Assembly: GCA_963766075.1 (NCBI GenBank)
Contig: CAVYAN010000013.1
Coordinates: 1 to 64,000 of the forward strand
Direction of reading: 5' to 3'
DNA length: 64,000 nucleotides
Origin: an uncultured cyanobacterium
GTDB lineage: Bacteria; Cyanobacteriota; Cyanobacteriia; Leptolyngbyales; Leptolyngbyaceae
Shown here: piece after piece, positions 18,860-29,608 of the stretch
Layout: each line of letters opens with the position of its first letter
Position numbering within the stretch: position 1 is the first letter of the stretch
Program-made: the position numbers and the translations under genes
Notes under the pieces: model-generated
Database searches by the model: none
What the model was told of the DNA's origin: nothing
The model's input: only the letters and a program-made list of their open reading frames with translations

Positions 18860-21800
18860 CTACTTGGGGCGCCAAAGGATTTGATGGGACTTGGAGTTTG
18901 GTTGGCGGAGCTGATTTCGCCATGCTTCCATGTAGGTGTAAAAAACGGGTGTTAAATACAGGGTCAAAATTTGGGAAAATAGCAAACCACCCACGATCGC
19001 AATCCCCAAGGGCCGCCGTGCCTCAGACCCCACCCCCGTGCCCAAGGCAATGGGTAATGTGCCAATTAATGCCGCCATCGTGGTCATCATAATCGGACGA
19101 AAACGTACTAAGCACGCTTCATAGATTGCCTCTAATGGACTTTTTCCCCCGGAACGCTGGCGTTCAATGGCAAAGTCTACCAGCATGATGCCATTTTTCT
19201 TGACGATACCCACCAGCAGAATAATTCCAATGAAGGAATAGAGGTTCAGTTCCACCTGGAAAATGAGCAGTGTTAGTAAGGCCCCGAAGCCCGCCGAGGG
19301 CAAGCCTGAAAGAATGGTCAGTGGATGAATGAAATCCTCATAGAGCACGCCTAAAATCAAATAAATCACCACGATCGACAGGAGCAGCAGCCAACCAAGA
19401 TCGTTAAAGGACTGCTGAAATACCTGGGTTGATCCTTGAAAGCTAGCGGTCACTGTCGAGGGCAAGATTGCCTGCGCTACTTGCTTAATCGCGTCAGTGG
19501 CTTGACTGAGTGATACTCCTGGCAGAGTATCAAAGGAAAGAGTGGCGGAGGGCAGTCCCGCAAGATGATTCACCGTCAGGGGGCCAACCGTTTGGCTCAG
19601 GGTGGCGATCGCGCTTAACGGAATCGATTGCCCAGTATTAGACTGCACGTACAGCATTGAGAGGGCGCTCGGATCGCGCTGATACTCAGGCTTAACTTCC
19701 ATGATCACCGTGAACTGATTATTCGGTGTATAAAGGGTAGAAACCTGCCCAGAGCCGTAGGCATCGCTGAGGGTTTTCTCCACTTGGGCGGCGGTAATGT
19801 TTAGAATAGCGGCTTTAGCGTGATCAACTTTAACTTCCACCTGCGGTGTACTGAGTTGTAAATCGCTGTCTACACCGCGCAATCCGGGGATGGCTTTCAC
19901 TTTCTCCAGTAAGGGCGGAATCGATTGGCGTAAATCTTGCAGGTTTAAGCTCTGCAAGGTGAATTGATAGGTGGAATTGCTTTGCTGACCGCCGATGGGA
20001 ATGGCAGGGGGCGATCGCAGAAAAGCCTGAATGCCGGGAACGCGACGTAATTTCGGCGTCAGGACCTGAATGATCTCATCAGCACTGAGTTGACGCTGCG
20101 CCCGTGGTTTCAGAAGAATCGTGATGCGTCCCGCATTGACGGAAGCGTTGGGACCGCTAGCGCCAACAGTGGAGTTGACCGCCTGAATGTTGGGATCTTG
20201 GCGGATGATATCCACCAAAGCTTGTTGATGCCGCAACATTTCATCAAACGAAATATCTTGGGCGGCTTTGGTATTGCCCATGAGTTGTCCGGTATCTTCT
20301 GTGGGAATAAAGCCTTTGGGCACGATCATGAATAGATAAACTGTCAGAATCAACAGAATTCCTGACCCAATTAGCGTCATGCGGCGATGTCTCAGTACGG
20401 GTTTAAGCGTCCATTCATAGCCTCGCAATACGGCATCGAAGGCGCGTTCAGAAATCCGTGTAAAGCGACTTTGACGCTGATGAGCCGAGCGCAAAAACCG
20501 ACTGCATAACATTGGCGTTAGGCTTAGGGAGACAAAACCGGAAACTAAAATCGCAACGGAAATTGTAATAGCGAATTCATGAAATAAACGACCGATTAAT
20601 CCACTCATAAATATAATCGGGATAAATACAGCCACTAACGAAAGAGTCATCGATAGAATCGTAAAACTGATTTCTCTAGATCCCTTTAAGGCTGCTTCCA
20701 AGGGAGCTTCTCCCAATTCACGATGACGGACGATATTTTCTAAAACAACGATCGCATCATCCACCACAAAGCCAACCGAAAGCGTCAGCGCCATCAGCGA
20801 TAGGTTATCTAAGGAATAACCCAATAGATACATGGCCGCAAAAGTCCCAATGATCGCCACGGGCAATGCCAAACTGGGAATCAGAGTTGCAGCTAGATCC
20901 CGCAGGAACAAAAAGATCACCAGCACGACCAAGCAGACCGACAGCAGCAGTGTAAATTTTACGTCGTTGACCGAGGCGCGGATGGTTTGAGAGCGATCAT
21001 ACATAATGCCCAGTTCAATTGATTGCGGAATTTGCGCTTTGAGGGCTGGTAACTGTTGCTTAATCGCATCCACAATTTCTACCGTATTGGCATCGGGCTG
21101 TGGCTGCACAGCGAGCAAAATTGCCGGTTGGTTAAAAACAGTTTTATCGCTATAGCGATTGGAAACTTTGTTATTTTGGACATCATCTTTGACTTGTGCC
21201 ACATCTTCCAGCCGCACCGCTGCCCCATTTTTATAGGACACAATCAAGGATTGAAATTCTGATGCATTCATCAGTTGACCATTCGCCTGAATTATGTAGC
21301 GCTGATCAGGTCCAGAAAGACTGCCCGTGGGGAGTTCAACATTACCCTGCTGAATAGCCGTTCTAACTTGATCGAGGCCAATTCCCCGAGTGGCTAGGGC
21401 CTGCGGATCAAGTTGTACCCTCACAGCGTATTGTTTTTGCCCATACACCTGCACTTGGGCGACCCCATCAATCATGGAAATGGGTTGGGCGATTGTGATT
21501 TCGGCGGCTTCATCCACGCTCGCAATCGGTAGGGTTTTGGAATAGAGATATAGGTAAAGAATGGGGGCAACGGAGGGATTAACCTTGCGATAGGAGGGGG
21601 GTTTAGGCATGCCAGACGGTAACTGTCCAGCGGCGGCTGAGATGGCAGCCTGGACATCTTTGGCAGCAGCATCGACCCGGCGGCTGAAGTCGAATTGGAG
21701 GGAGATATTGGTGGTGCCAGTGGAACTGGTGGAGTTAAATGAGTTGAGTCCAGCAATTTCGGTGAACTGACGTTCCAGCGGTGCCGCTACCGAAGATGCC

Positions 21801-21976
21801 ATGGTTTCAGGGGTCGCACCAGGCAGGTTGGCAGAGACACTGACAAAGGGATATTCGACATGGGGCAGGGCACTGATCGGCAACAGGGCGTAACTCATCA
21901 GGCCAAAGATCAAAATCCCCAGCATGACTAGGGTCGTCATGACGGGACGACGAATAAAAATTTCTGAAAGGTTCAT
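18860..21976 (-). CDS. RND efflux permease (MdtB/MdtC-like), paralog 2
   Basis: IFIRRPV start, GFVVDDAIVVLEN, GIVKKNGIM and RFRPIMMTT motifs; 1038 aa. Confidence 0.95.
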   Translation of the reverse strand: MNLSEIFIRRPVMTTLVMLGILIFGLMSYALLPISALPHVEYPFVSVSANLPGATPETMASSVAAPLERQFTEIAGLNSFNSTSSTGTTNISLQFDFSRRVDAAAKDVQAAISAAAGQLPSGMPKPPSYRKVNPSVAPILYLYLYSKTLPIASVDEAAEITIAQPISMIDGVAQVQVYGQKQYAVRVQLDPQALATRGIGLDQVRTAIQQGNVELPTGSLSGPDQRYIIQANGQLMNASEFQSLIVSYKNGAAVRLEDVAQVKDDVQNNKVSNRYSDKTVFNQPAILLAVQPQPDANTVEIVDAIKQQLPALKAQIPQSIELGIMYDRSQTIRASVNDVKFTLLLSVCLVVLVIFLFLRDLAATLIPSLALPVAIIGTFAAMYLLGYSLDNLSLMALTLSVGFVVDDAIVVLENIVRHRELGEAPLEAALKGSREISFTILSMTLSLVAVFIPIIFMSGLIGRLFHEFAITISVAILVSGFVSLSLTPMLCSRFLRSAHQRQSRFTRISERAFDAVLRGYEWTLKPVLRHRRMTLIGSGILLILTVYLFMIVPKGFIPTEDTGQLMGNTKAAQDISFDEMLRHQQALVDIIRQDPNIQAVNSTVGASGPNASVNAGRITILLKPRAQRQLSADEIIQVLTPKLRRVPGIQAFLRSPPAIPIGGQQSNSTYQFTLQSLNLQDLRQSIPPLLEKVKAIPGLRGVDSDLQLSTPQVEVKVDHAKAAILNITAAQVEKTLSDAYGSGQVSTLYTPNNQFTVIMEVKPEYQRDPSALSMLYVQSNTGQSIPLSAIATLSQTVGPLTVNHLAGLPSATLSFDTLPGVSLSQATDAIKQVAQAILPSTVTASFQGSTQVFQQSFNDLGWLLLLSIVVIYLILGVLYEDFIHPLTILSGLPSAGFGALLTLLIFQVELNLYSFIGIILLVGIVKKNGIMLVDFAIERQRSGGKSPLEAIYEACLVRFRPIMMTTMAALIGTLPIALGTGVGSEARRPLGIAIVGGLLFSQILTLYLTPVFYTYMEAWRNQLRQPNSKSHQILWRPK

Positions 21977-21990
21977 AGGATGATCGACTC

Positions 21991-22569
21991 CTATGCTTTT
22001 TGGGAAAGGACGGTGTCAAGCTTGTGCTCTAAACGATTGATCTGTATCTGCTGAGATTGAAGTAAATTGAGGAGCTGTGATGGCTCCTGTTGCGCTTTCA
22101 GGAGTTTTAGAACTTCAAATATTTCTTCTTCTCGTAGCAAGTTCATTTTGTCATGGAGTAATTCAATTTCTAGTTCAGATTTAAGATTTACTTCATAATC
22201 ATGTTTTGCTTCTTGTCGATCAATTTGCGATTGCCGATTCTGACTCATCATGATAATGGGAGCTGTATAGGCAGCCTGAAAAGATAGCATCAGATTGAGC
22301 AAAATGAACGGGTAGGGATCCCAGTGGGCTAATGTTCCCGCCACATTTGCCGCAATCCAAATCACTAACAAAATAGACTGGATTGCAATGAAATTCCAGG
22401 AGCCAACGGTTGCTACCACGCGATCGGACAAGCGATCGCCCCAAGTCAAGGGACGCTGAATAGGCTGCTGGGCAGGATTGCGCTCCCGTAACTGCTGAAT
22501 CAGTTGATACTCTTCAGGAGAAACATTAGCTTTTGCCGGACGCTTCAGATCGGGGGTTGAGGTTTTCAT
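21991..22569 (-). CDS. DUF1003-family membrane protein
   Basis: GSWNFI, WDPYPFILLNLMLSFQAAYTAPIIMMSQNRQ and NLKSELEI motifs. Confidence 0.85.
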   Translation of the reverse strand: MKTSTPDLKRPAKANVSPEEYQLIQQLRERNPAQQPIQRPLTWGDRLSDRVVATVGSWNFIAIQSILLVIWIAANVAGTLAHWDPYPFILLNLMLSFQAAYTAPIIMMSQNRQSQIDRQEAKHDYEVNLKSELEIELLHDKMNLLREEEIFEVLKLLKAQQEPSQLLNLLQSQQIQINRLEHKLDTVLSQKA

Positions 22570-22608
22570 AGTCAGGACTCGTGAAGGGTTGATTGCATCA
22601 GATATAGC

Positions 22609-23022
22609 TCACGCTTTAATCGAAGAATAGGCCGTTAATAATGAGACTAGGGCTATCACACACAAACCGATGACAAAGCAGCCTTCAGATATATATCCGA
22701 GGCGTAATGTTTTGCGGATACTCGTCGATCGGAATGCCCAAAAGGCTGTGAAACAGGCGGTCGTAAATATCAATGAATCTAAAGCTAGCAGATCATCAAT
22801 ATAGGTATCGATCTTCCCAACGACATTGGCAATATGGATGAGTCCAACCCCAGCTTGACAGATCCCAACCATCACGGCAGATACTTCAGAGACGTGCAGG
22901 GAGACATGCTTGGAAAGCCTGACTTTGCGCCGCAACTTTGTTGTGCTGTAAAGTGTGTCGCTTGTTGATTGTAGATTAACCAAGTTGGAAATTCTCTGAT
23001 TCGTTGGCTTCATTTGGATCAC
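22609..23022 (-). CDS. Small hypothetical membrane protein (3 TM)
   Basis: In-operon ORF starting 4 bp after the RND1 stop; hydrophobic segments and an IDDLLALD motif. Confidence 0.65.
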   Translation of the reverse strand: MIQMKPTNQRISNLVNLQSTSDTLYSTTKLRRKVRLSKHVSLHVSEVSAVMVGICQAGVGLIHIANVVGKIDTYIDDLLALDSLIFTTACFTAFWAFRSTSIRKTLRLGYISEGCFVIGLCVIALVSLLTAYSSIKA

Positions 23023-23026
23023 CCTC

Positions 23027-26000
23027 TTAGACTGAGAACACCCGCCGCAAATTGAGTTGCTTCAATTGTTTGCGCCATGACTCCATATAGATGTAAAACA
23101 CAGGCGTTAGATACAGGGTCAGAATTTGGGAGAAGACTAATCCCCCGACAACGGCAATCCCCAAGGGGCGGCGCGATTCCGAACCGGCTCCAAAGCCGAT
23201 CGCGATGGGCAACGTTCCCATCAATGCCGCCATCGTGGTCATCATAATTGGACGAAAGCGCACAAGACAGGCTTGATAAATCGCCTCAGATGGCTTTTTG
23301 CCTTGATCGTGCTGGGCGGCGATCGCAAAATCCACCATCATAATGCCATTCTTTTTGACAATGCCTACGAGCAGCATCATGCCAATAAAAGAGTAAACGT
23401 TGAGTTCAACGTGAAATATAATCAGCGTTAACAGGGCTCCGAATCCTGCTGAAGGTAACCCCGATAAAATCGTAATTGGGTGAATAAAATCTTCGTAGAG
23501 AATGCCAAGAATCAGGTAGATCACCACAATGGCAATCAGCAGTAAGAGCAGCAGATTGGGCAATGAGTTTTGAAATACCTGGCTAGCACCCTGGAAGCCA
23601 GTGCTAATGCTATCGGGAATAATGGCATGAACGAGCGTATCGATCGCTTGATTGGCTTCCCCCAGGGATATACCGGGCGCGAGATTAAAGGAAATCGTCG
23701 CAGCATTCATGCGGCCCACGTGATTGATCATGAGGGGCGCGGTCCCGGTTGTCAGTGTTGCGAATGTGCTTAGGGGTACTGATCGCCCACTCGTCGCCGC
23801 ATTACTTGCCGTGCCAGGAGCACTGCCGCTCGTGCTACTGCTTGTATTGATATAAAGCTGCATCAGCGCCTGGGGATTTTGCTGATACTGCGGGTCAAGT
23901 TCCAGAATCACCTGATATTCGTTACTGGCTCCGTAGATCGTGGAAACCTGATATGCGCCGTAGGCATTTCTCAACGTACTCTCCACTTGTTGAGTGCTAA
24001 TGCCTAACGTGGCCGCTTTGTCGCGATCGAGCGTCAGCTTGACCTGGGACGTCATCTGCAAATCGCTGTTGACGTCCTGAATTTGCGATAAGTCCTTTAG
24101 CTTGTCTACGAGTTGTGGCACATATTGCTGTAAGGGTTGCACATCGGAACTTTGAAGGGCGAGTTGATACAGTCCCGTGGTTTGTTGGGTGCCAATGGGA
24201 ATAGCCGGTGGATTTTGCAGAAAAACTTGAATGCCCGGAATAGTGGCGAGCTGCGATCGCAAATTCTGGACGATTTCGTCGGCGCTGCTGTGACGCTGCG
24301 ATCGATCCTTCAACCGAATAAACAAACTCCCCGAGTTGCTCGCCACGGCAGCCCCACTTCCCGTCGCGCTAGAGCCTGCCCCGATATTAGAGTTCACCGC
24401 ATCCACGTTGGGATCTTGCCGAATCACATCGACTACGGCCTGCTGGTGCCGCACCAAGTTATCAAATGAAGCATCCTGGGTCGCCTGGGTAATGCCGGTA
24501 ATTTGTCCAGTATCCTCGCTGGGAATAAACCCCTTGGGCACTACGATAAACAGTCCCACGGTCACTACTAACATGGCCGCTGCCAAAATCATGGTAGTCC
24601 GGTGATATTTCAGCACCTTCTTGAGGCTCCAATCGTATAAGCCCAGCCAGCGATCGAACACCTGTTCCGAAATGCGATACAACCGACTTTGCCGTGAGTG
24701 ATCAACTGGACGCAGGAACCGACTGCACAGCATTGGCGTTAGGCTCAGGGAGACGAACCCAGAGACGAGGATGGCGACGGCGATCGTCACCGCAAATTCG
24801 TGAAACAGTCGTCCCAATAATCCCTGCATAAAGAGCATGGGAATAAATACAGCCACTAAGGAAAGGGTCATGGATAGAATAGTGAAGCCAATTTCTCGCG
24901 ATCCGTTTAATGCCGCTTCTAAGGGTGGCTCACCTATTTCCATGTGGCGGACAATGTTTTCTAGCATGACGATCGCATCGTCTACCACAAATCCGACTGA
25001 TAGCGTCAGGGCCATCAGCGAAAGGTTGTCGAGGGAATAATTCAGCAAATGCATGACGGCAAAAGTGCCAATCAGCGAAATCGGTAAGGCCAGACTGGGG
25101 ATAATGGTTGCGGAAAGATTTCGCAAAAACAGAAAAATCACTAATACCACCAAGCAAATGGTGAGGATTAGTGTGAATCTAACATCATCAACGGAATCGC
25201 GAATTGATTGTGAGGCATCATAGAGAATGCCGATCTCCACCGAACCTGGAATCTGATCCTTCAACGTTGGCAGTAATTTCTTAATCGTATCAACCACTTC
25301 TACTGTATTGGTTCCTGGCTGACGCTGAATCGTCAGGATAATGGCGCGGGTATCGTTATACCAACTGGCAAGCTGAGCATTTTCGACCCCATCAATCACA
25401 CGCCCCAATTGCTCCAGATAAATCGGCGCACCATCTTTGTAAACAACAATTAATTTGCGATAAGCGGCGGCATCTTCAAGCTGACCATTTGTCTGTACCG
25501 TAAAGTTTTTATGATCGCCCGAAAGACTCCCCGTCGGTAAGTTCACATTCCCTTGTTGCACTGCCGTTTGCACCTGATCCAGACCAATTTGCCGACTGGC
25601 TAACTGCTGCGGATCAAGCTGAATTCGGGCCGCATACTTTTGCGAACCATAGACTTGGACTTGCGCTACACCATTAATCGTCGAGAGTTTTTGGGCTAAG
25701 TAGGTTTCAGCAAAATTGTCCACCTGGGACAGCGGTAAGGTCGGAGACTTGAGATAGAGATAGAGAATCGGCTGATCCGCTGGGTTGACTTTGCTATAAG
25801 TGGGCGGATTGGGTAAGTCGTTGGGAATTTGGCCGGAAGCTGCTGCGATCGCCGCCGCCACATCCTGCGCTGCATCATCAATCCCCCGACTCAAATTAAA
25901 TTGCAGCGTAAGTTGAGTGTGGCCCAGCGTACTGGTGGAATTGAGCGTATCGAGTCCGGCAATGCTGGAAAATTGCTTTTCCAGCGGACGAGCCACCGAG

Positions 26001-26182
26001 GCCGACATGGTTTCTGGACTTGCTCCGGGTCGTGCGGCGGTCACTTGCAGAGTGGGGTAATCCACGTTGGGCAAATCGCTAATCGGCAACAGGCGGTAGC
26101 TCATCAACCCAAAAATCAGAATAGCCGCCATTACCAACGTCGTCATAATCGGACGGCGCACAAAAAGTTCCGAAAGATTCAT
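23027..26182 (-). CDS. RND efflux permease (MdtB/MdtC-like), paralog 1
   Basis: Same RND motifs (GFVVDDAIVMLEN, RFRPIMMTT); 1051 aa; ATGA overlap with the MFP gene. Confidence 0.95.
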   Translation of the reverse strand: MNLSELFVRRPIMTTLVMAAILIFGLMSYRLLPISDLPNVDYPTLQVTAARPGASPETMSASVARPLEKQFSSIAGLDTLNSTSTLGHTQLTLQFNLSRGIDDAAQDVAAAIAAASGQIPNDLPNPPTYSKVNPADQPILYLYLKSPTLPLSQVDNFAETYLAQKLSTINGVAQVQVYGSQKYAARIQLDPQQLASRQIGLDQVQTAVQQGNVNLPTGSLSGDHKNFTVQTNGQLEDAAAYRKLIVVYKDGAPIYLEQLGRVIDGVENAQLASWYNDTRAIILTIQRQPGTNTVEVVDTIKKLLPTLKDQIPGSVEIGILYDASQSIRDSVDDVRFTLILTICLVVLVIFLFLRNLSATIIPSLALPISLIGTFAVMHLLNYSLDNLSLMALTLSVGFVVDDAIVMLENIVRHMEIGEPPLEAALNGSREIGFTILSMTLSLVAVFIPMLFMQGLLGRLFHEFAVTIAVAILVSGFVSLSLTPMLCSRFLRPVDHSRQSRLYRISEQVFDRWLGLYDWSLKKVLKYHRTTMILAAAMLVVTVGLFIVVPKGFIPSEDTGQITGITQATQDASFDNLVRHQQAVVDVIRQDPNVDAVNSNIGAGSSATGSGAAVASNSGSLFIRLKDRSQRHSSADEIVQNLRSQLATIPGIQVFLQNPPAIPIGTQQTTGLYQLALQSSDVQPLQQYVPQLVDKLKDLSQIQDVNSDLQMTSQVKLTLDRDKAATLGISTQQVESTLRNAYGAYQVSTIYGASNEYQVILELDPQYQQNPQALMQLYINTSSSTSGSAPGTASNAATSGRSVPLSTFATLTTGTAPLMINHVGRMNAATISFNLAPGISLGEANQAIDTLVHAIIPDSISTGFQGASQVFQNSLPNLLLLLLIAIVVIYLILGILYEDFIHPITILSGLPSAGFGALLTLIIFHVELNVYSFIGMMLLVGIVKKNGIMMVDFAIAAQHDQGKKPSEAIYQACLVRFRPIMMTTMAALMGTLPIAIGFGAGSESRRPLGIAVVGGLVFSQILTLYLTPVFYIYMESWRKQLKQLNLRRVFSV

Positions 26183-27723
26183 GGGTTGCCTCCAGTGGAA
26201 TGAGAGGAACTGCTATCCCCTGATTTTGAAGAACGCTGTTTTTTCGGATGGGCGGCTGAGTTAAGGGTTGGCTTTTGGCTATTGGCAGGACTATCTGAAT
26301 TATTGTCTGTTGGATTGGATTCAGCCTGCCCAGAATTGTTTGATGGGTTGCTGGCCGCTTTGATGCGAATCTTACTACCTGTGACGAGATTGGCTTGACC
26401 ATCCGTCACCACCTGGTCTCCGGGTTGCACGCCTTTCTGAATCACATCTAAGCCATCAACCGTCGGGCTAGCAATCACCGGAACATTTTCGACTGTATTG
26501 TCTGGTTTGACCACAAAGACAAACTGTCCATTTGGCCCATTCTGTACCGCTTGAGCCAGCACAACTGTGGCATTGGGAGCTTGCGCCAGCGTCAGCGTTG
26601 TATTGACGAATTGACCGGGGAATAGGGTGCCCTTGGCATTATCAAAATCACCAATCAGTTGAATGGTTCCCGTGGCGTTATCGATTGTGTTATTTACAAA
26701 TGACAGCATCCCTGAGATGGGGCGATCGCCATTGCCCGCAAATGTGACATCCACCTTGAGCCTGCCATTCTCCATGTACTTCTGAATGTTTGGCAGGTTG
26801 GCTTCAGGTACCGAGAATGCCACCTGAATTGGGCGCACCTTTTGGATGACGACAAGGGGGGTGTTCCCATTGGCCTGCACCACGTTGCCTTCGGTAACGA
26901 GGATATTGCCAGCCCGACCAGCGATCGGTGCATAAATCTGGGTATAAGACGATTGCACTTCAGTATTGCTCAGGGCTCCGCCATCAGCACTCACCACGGC
27001 TTGGGCATTTTCTATCGCCGCTTGATCCCCTTTGACAACGTCCTTCGCATTCTGAATTGCGGCTTGGTCGGCCTCTAGTGTAGCTGCCGAGACTTTATTA
27101 TTGGTCGCGTATTGTTGGGCCTGATCTTGGCTAATAGCACCTTGTTTGTACAAATTGTTATAGCGATCGCTCTGGGCCTGGGCGAATTGGGCTTGGGCTT
27201 GATCCTTGGCTAGGGTCGCCTCGGCTTGGCGCACGAGTCCTAAATCTCGGGCAAGGGCGGCTCTAGCCTGCTGGACTTGGGCCTGATCTCGGGCCACAGT
27301 GCCTCGTGCTTGCTGGATAACGGCGGTTTGAGATCGATCATCCAGGGTAAAGAGCAGTTGCCCTTTTTGGACTTCCTCTCCTTTCTTAAAAAACACCCCC
27401 GTAATACGCCCACTGGCCTGAGGCGTAATGGCAACGGTCGATGCGGCTTGGACATTGCCAATAGCGTTGATTTGCACGGGTACCGTTTTTTGTGTCACCG
27501 TAGTCACCGTAACGCTGATGACCTGGCCGTTGGCGTTGCGCTTTTCAGGCTTGGCCGCGGGCGATCGCAGCCCCAAAAATGATCCGATTGCCAGGAGCAG
27601 CATGCCCACAACCACAAGACTAATCCGTCGCATTGGCCAAGATGGCCGACTGGATTGTGCCTCCGGTTGAATCGACGTTGGCTCCAAGTCGGGAGCCATG
27701 GGGGGGGGAATTTCCGGGGTCAT
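26179..27723 (-). CDS. RND periplasmic adaptor (membrane fusion protein, MdtA-like)
   Basis: N-terminal TM anchor, lipoyl-like halves (GEEVQKGQLLF; IYAPIAGRAG), extended alpha-hairpin, LFPGQFV. Confidence 0.92.
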   Translation of the reverse strand: MTPEIPPPMAPDLEPTSIQPEAQSSRPSWPMRRISLVVVGMLLLAIGSFLGLRSPAAKPEKRNANGQVISVTVTTVTQKTVPVQINAIGNVQAASTVAITPQASGRITGVFFKKGEEVQKGQLLFTLDDRSQTAVIQQARGTVARDQAQVQQARAALARDLGLVRQAEATLAKDQAQAQFAQAQSDRYNNLYKQGAISQDQAQQYATNNKVSAATLEADQAAIQNAKDVVKGDQAAIENAQAVVSADGGALSNTEVQSSYTQIYAPIAGRAGNILVTEGNVVQANGNTPLVVIQKVRPIQVAFSVPEANLPNIQKYMENGRLKVDVTFAGNGDRPISGMLSFVNNTIDNATGTIQLIGDFDNAKGTLFPGQFVNTTLTLAQAPNATVVLAQAVQNGPNGQFVFVVKPDNTVENVPVIASPTVDGLDVIQKGVQPGDQVVTDGQANLVTGSKIRIKAASNPSNNSGQAESNPTDNNSDSPANSQKPTLNSAAHPKKQRSSKSGDSSSSHSTGGNP

Positions 27724-28368
27724 GGGATCCTCTGGATTGTCAGATGTACGCTGAACCGTATCCGTCTAAACGGCTGCTGCGATTTCATGGATGAATGTCT
27801 ATTGATTGGATGGCGTCCAACTGAACCCGCAGGGGCAAAAGCCCCCAGGCCGCTGTATTCATTCCAGGCCGCAGATTCGCAACTTGAGGCTTTACGGGAA
27901 TGGCACAGGCAACAACGCCAACTAAAATAAATAACCCGATGACGCGAATGGGTTTGAGAGTGCACAGCATCGCATTGGTCTCCTCTGCTCTCCTTTGTAT
28001 GGATGAACTGATGTATGGATGAACTCACCTGATAGGGTTAATTTTCCTGACTGCATTTATCTTAGAAGTTGCACCGCGATCGCACATGATGGAGAACTCC
28101 TAACCTGACCCCTCACAAAGTCCTGAATCCTATGTGACTTTTTTCCTAGGAGACAACTGGGAAATGGGTCGGAATACCTCTATTCAGAACAGCAGCCAGT
28201 TCGCTATACCAGAAGCAGTCGTGCAACGAAACGGCGATCGCAGGGTTCTATTGAACGCTCTATTGAACTAGCTTGTTCCCGAGGACCATTATGGTGTTGG
28301 ATAGGTTGATGCCCCTTAAAATCATGCGGCTGATTTCATCACTGTCGCTATGGCTGTGCCACCGCCCT

Positions 28369-29592
28369 ATGTTCTATCGCATGGATCAACCATTTCGGCT
28401 ATTGCTCAAGTTGGAGTGGCTCCTCCTGTCCACGGCAGTCTTCATGGAAGTGCTGCTGCCGTTTCAGCCATCCTGGTTTGTCTTCGGGCGCGTGGTCGCG
28501 ATCGCCCTGTTTGGTTTTCTGGGCTTATGCCTGCCCCCGAATTGGCTCGGGGCCAAATTACTCGAGGCCAAATTACTCGGGGCCAAATTACTCTACACAG
28601 CCTTAGAATTTGGCTTGATTCTGTTCGCCGCCCTACAGGACAGTTTATCCAGTCGCTCCATTTTTCTGCTGTGTTTAGTGTTGGTGATGCGGAGTTGCTT
28701 ACTCTTTCAGTACGTTGGGCAGATAGCGATTTTAGCGCTGTCGCTGCTTACCTATGGCGCATTGCTCCTATCAAAACCGATCGCAATTGGCAAAGTCGCT
28801 ATCTGGGATTGGCGCTTCAGCAATATTCTGTTATTTAGTTTGACCTTGATCTTCGCGGTGCTGTTAATTAATGCACTGCTATCCGAACGCCACAGTCGCA
28901 AGCAGTTAGAAATTGCCCATCAAGAATTAGCCGCCACCCATCAACAACTGCGCCAGTATGCGTTGCGCATTGAGGACCAGGCCACCTTACAAGAGCGTAA
29001 CCGCATTGCCCGCGAAATCCATGATGGTCTGGGCCATACCCTGGCAGCCCAAACGATTCAAATCAATAACACCCTCCTATTTTGGCAATCCAATCCTGAA
29101 CAGGCCATCACCTCTCTCAAACAGGCAAAGCAGCTAGGGGCTGAGGCATTTTTAGAAGTTCGCAAATCCGTTTCGATGCTGCGATCGCACCCACTCCAGG
29201 GACAACCGCTCGAAGTCGCACTGAAAAAGCTGTTAACGGACTTTCAGGCCACCACTGGCATAGAGGTGATTAGTCACTTTCAGATATTGAGTGCTTTACC
29301 CCCAGAAGTCAACACCACCTTGTTTCGTATTCTCCAAGAGTCGCTGACCAATATCTCGAAGCACGCTAAGGCCACAACCGTTAGCGTTAACGTGCAACAA
29401 GCGGAGCGTATTCATCTCACTATCGCCGATAATGGTCAAGGATTTCACCCCACGCAAAACACCACCGGATTTGGACTACAAGGCATGCGAGAACGGGCCA
29501 CGGCCCTAGGCGGTGAATGGGCTTTACAGAGTCAACCTGGCAGAGGCTGCGCGATCGCGGTTGCCCTGCCCTTTGCCCACCCTGCCCCCTAA
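28369..29592 (+). CDS. Membrane sensor histidine kinase (HisKA_3); start uncertain (28273-28381)
   Basis: ERNRIAREIHDGLGH, QESLTNISKHA, DNGQGF and GFGLQGMRER motifs; several TM helices. Confidence 0.92.
   Translation: MFYRMDQPFRLLLKLEWLLLSTAVFMEVLLPFQPSWFVFGRVVAIALFGFLGLCLPPNWLGAKLLEAKLLGAKLLYTALEFGLILFAALQDSLSSRSIFLLCLVLVMRSCLLFQYVGQIAILALSLLTYGALLLSKPIAIGKVAIWDWRFSNILLFSLTLIFAVLLINALLSERHSRKQLEIAHQELAATHQQLRQYALRIEDQATLQERNRIAREIHDGLGHTLAAQTIQINNTLLFWQSNPEQAITSLKQAKQLGAEAFLEVRKSVSMLRSHPLQGQPLEVALKKLLTDFQATTGIEVISHFQILSALPPEVNTTLFRILQESLTNISKHAKATTVSVNVQQAERIHLTIADNGQGFHPTQNTTGFGLQGMRERATALGGEWALQSQPGRGCAIAVALPFAHPAP
28546..28590 (+). repeat. 15-bp in-frame tandem repeat x3 (LGAKL/LEAKL/LGAKL) in the kinase
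   Basis: CTCG(G/A)GGCCAAATTA at 28546, 28561 and 28576. Confidence 0.9.
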
Positions 29593-29608
29593 TTCAGATT
29601 TTATTACC

